Positions 62,432-64,000 of a DNA stretch of 64,000 bases are shown in pieces; within the stretch, counting starts at the first letter, position 1, and each line of letters opens with the position of its first letter. The translations under genes were made by a program, and so were the position numbers. This DNA is from Octopus sinensis. Taxonomy: Eukaryota. The stretch lies in NCBI RefSeq assembly GCF_006345805.1, contig NC_043020.1, forward strand, positions 22,630,001 to 22,694,000, read 5' to 3'. The notes below the pieces were generated by a model. The model saw nothing but the letters and a program-made list of their open reading frames with translations. It did no database searches and had not been told where the DNA came from.

Positions 62432-62604
62432 TTTTCTTAAGTAGTACCAACAGAAGGACACGTGGCGAGAGGTATGTTGATAACCGAGGGAAAGTGTGAC
62501 AGATTTGTAGATGGATTTCATAGAAATATGATAATGTTCCGATGGGTTCTGTTGAGTGAGGTGCCAGCTTCTGTGGTTGTGTACGACGTATTGAGAGAAA
62601 TAGA

Positions 62605-62716
62605 GGATATTTTTGGTTTGAACGGCAGTTTTTTAAAATAATTTCCACGTAACTAAACACTTTTAAACTTCGTATACTGGTACAATGTGTTTATTAAACA
62701 TCTTTTTCTCTTGGCT

Positions 62717-62763
<47 letters not shown>

Positions 62764-63371
62764 CATTGTGTACAGTGCTCAGGTGCACTACAACTCATCG
62801 AAAGTGTATATATAATCAGGTGTAGTTTCGACGGATTTCGGAAAGCATGAGGGCCTTAAAGGATGCAGTGTCATGGCAGTCAGCAACTGACGCAGGCAGT
62901 TTATTCCATGCTTCAGCAACTCTGAGTGTGAAGAAATGTTTCCGAAAGTCATGGGAGCTGTGTTGTTTTCTGACTTTGTAGGCATGTCCACATGTGTTAG
63001 ACACATGGAGATCAAAAAGGTGTTCAGTGTTGTTATTGGTGAGGTGGTTGACAACTTTGTGGGTGTTTACCAAGTCCGTCGCCAGAGAACATTCTGTAGT
63101 TTGTAAGATATTTGTTGTTTTTTTCTTCAATTTCTGTAATTTCAACCAATCACTGACGTCTATTGGGGTAAAAAAAATAATTTTGTGCCGTATGAATATG
63201 TCCCTCGTTTAAGAAACAGATTGGGTTTATTTACATTTGTGAAGAAAAAAGATACCCTTCCCCCACCCCTAAAACAGATTGAAATGCAATAGATCGATAC
63301 TAGGGTCATAATTATGGGTGACAATTTCATATGACACCGCTAGAAAAAACTCGTTCAAACTGAAAAGATCC
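62605..63371. mobile_element. GGATC MITE with a nested CR1/L2-group LINE 3' end (62719-63088, -)
   Basis: MITE sequence breaks at ggcttta| and resumes at gagaacattctgtag. The insert encodes ..RVAEAWNKLPASV and has a (TTA)n tail. Confidence 0.85.
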
Positions 63372-63499
63372 AAGAAATGTTAAGTCTGCCCACCCAGGGG
63401 CCTGTGTATTGAGTCCCAAAGATTGTTTTTGTGGTCTTGGATAGCAGGAACATGTCTGGTCACAGTGATGTTATCATATTGATCAACATCAATGGAAAT

Positions 63500-63826
63500 T
63501 GTACTTGTGATACCAGTGCCGGTGGCACGTAAGAGAACCATCCAAACGTGGCCGTTGCCAGCGCCGCCCCGACTGGCCTCCGTGACAGTGGCACGTGAAA
63601 AGCATCAACTGACCGTGGCCGTTGCCAGCCTCCCCTGGCCCCTGTGCCAGTGGCACGTAAAAAGCACCCACTACACTCAGGGAGTGGTTGGCGTTAGGAA
63701 GGGCATCCAGCTGTAGAAACACTGCCAGATCAGACTGGGCCTGGAGCAACCTTCTGACTTCCCAGACCCCAGTTGAACCATCCAACCCATGCTAGCATGG
63801 AAAGTGGACGTTAAATGATGATGATG
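63500..63826 (+). mobile_element. SINE family B
   Basis: Ends in gacgttaaatgatgatgatg. Confidence 0.7.
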
Positions 63827-64000
63827 ACAGCTTGAAATTCCAAGAACATCGTAACACATGAGAATTCTATGCAACTTTGCCCGTGTATTAATCTGAAATT
63901 TCGCCCGTTTTAAAAACATGGTTATCTCCCTTGTATTGATAACCAGACAGTCTTATTTTCTCAAGAGATAATTCGAAGTATTTCTACATATTTTTGTAGT

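Overview
AT-rich eukaryotic genomic DNA. The finger style ([11 protein letters not shown]), SINE families and (TA)n load suggest a coleoid cephalopod such as Octopus; this is an inference, not a database result. The window is a cluster of six tandem-array C2H2 zinc-finger genes (Z1 + 1767-4211, Z2 - 13102-15378, Z3 + 19937-21313, Z4 + 35580-38192, Z5 - 46032-47627, Z6 - 56749-58197) with about 131 finger units in total. Each CDS lies in one exon, and no KRAB/BTB/SCAN/ZAD domain is visible. Homologous splice acceptors, non-coding first-exon donors and a shared upstream motif can be traced across the paralogs. The genes sit among SINEs, MITEs with recognisable TSDs, and dead LINEs (L1/Tx1, CR1/L2-group, RTE), plus a Penelope-like element, a mariner and a hAT remnant. 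Most notable: (i) Z2/Z3 form a head-to-head inverted duplication whose axis is a 5'-truncated L1/Tx1 fragment, and a second copy of that family sits in the first exon of Z4; (ii) paralog differences cluster at base-contacting helix positions, alongside block-wise finger gain and loss; (iii) a candidate type I hammerhead ribozyme lies at 40871-41002 (-); (iv) the paralogs differ in uORFs and splice donors. All alignments and folds were done by eye.
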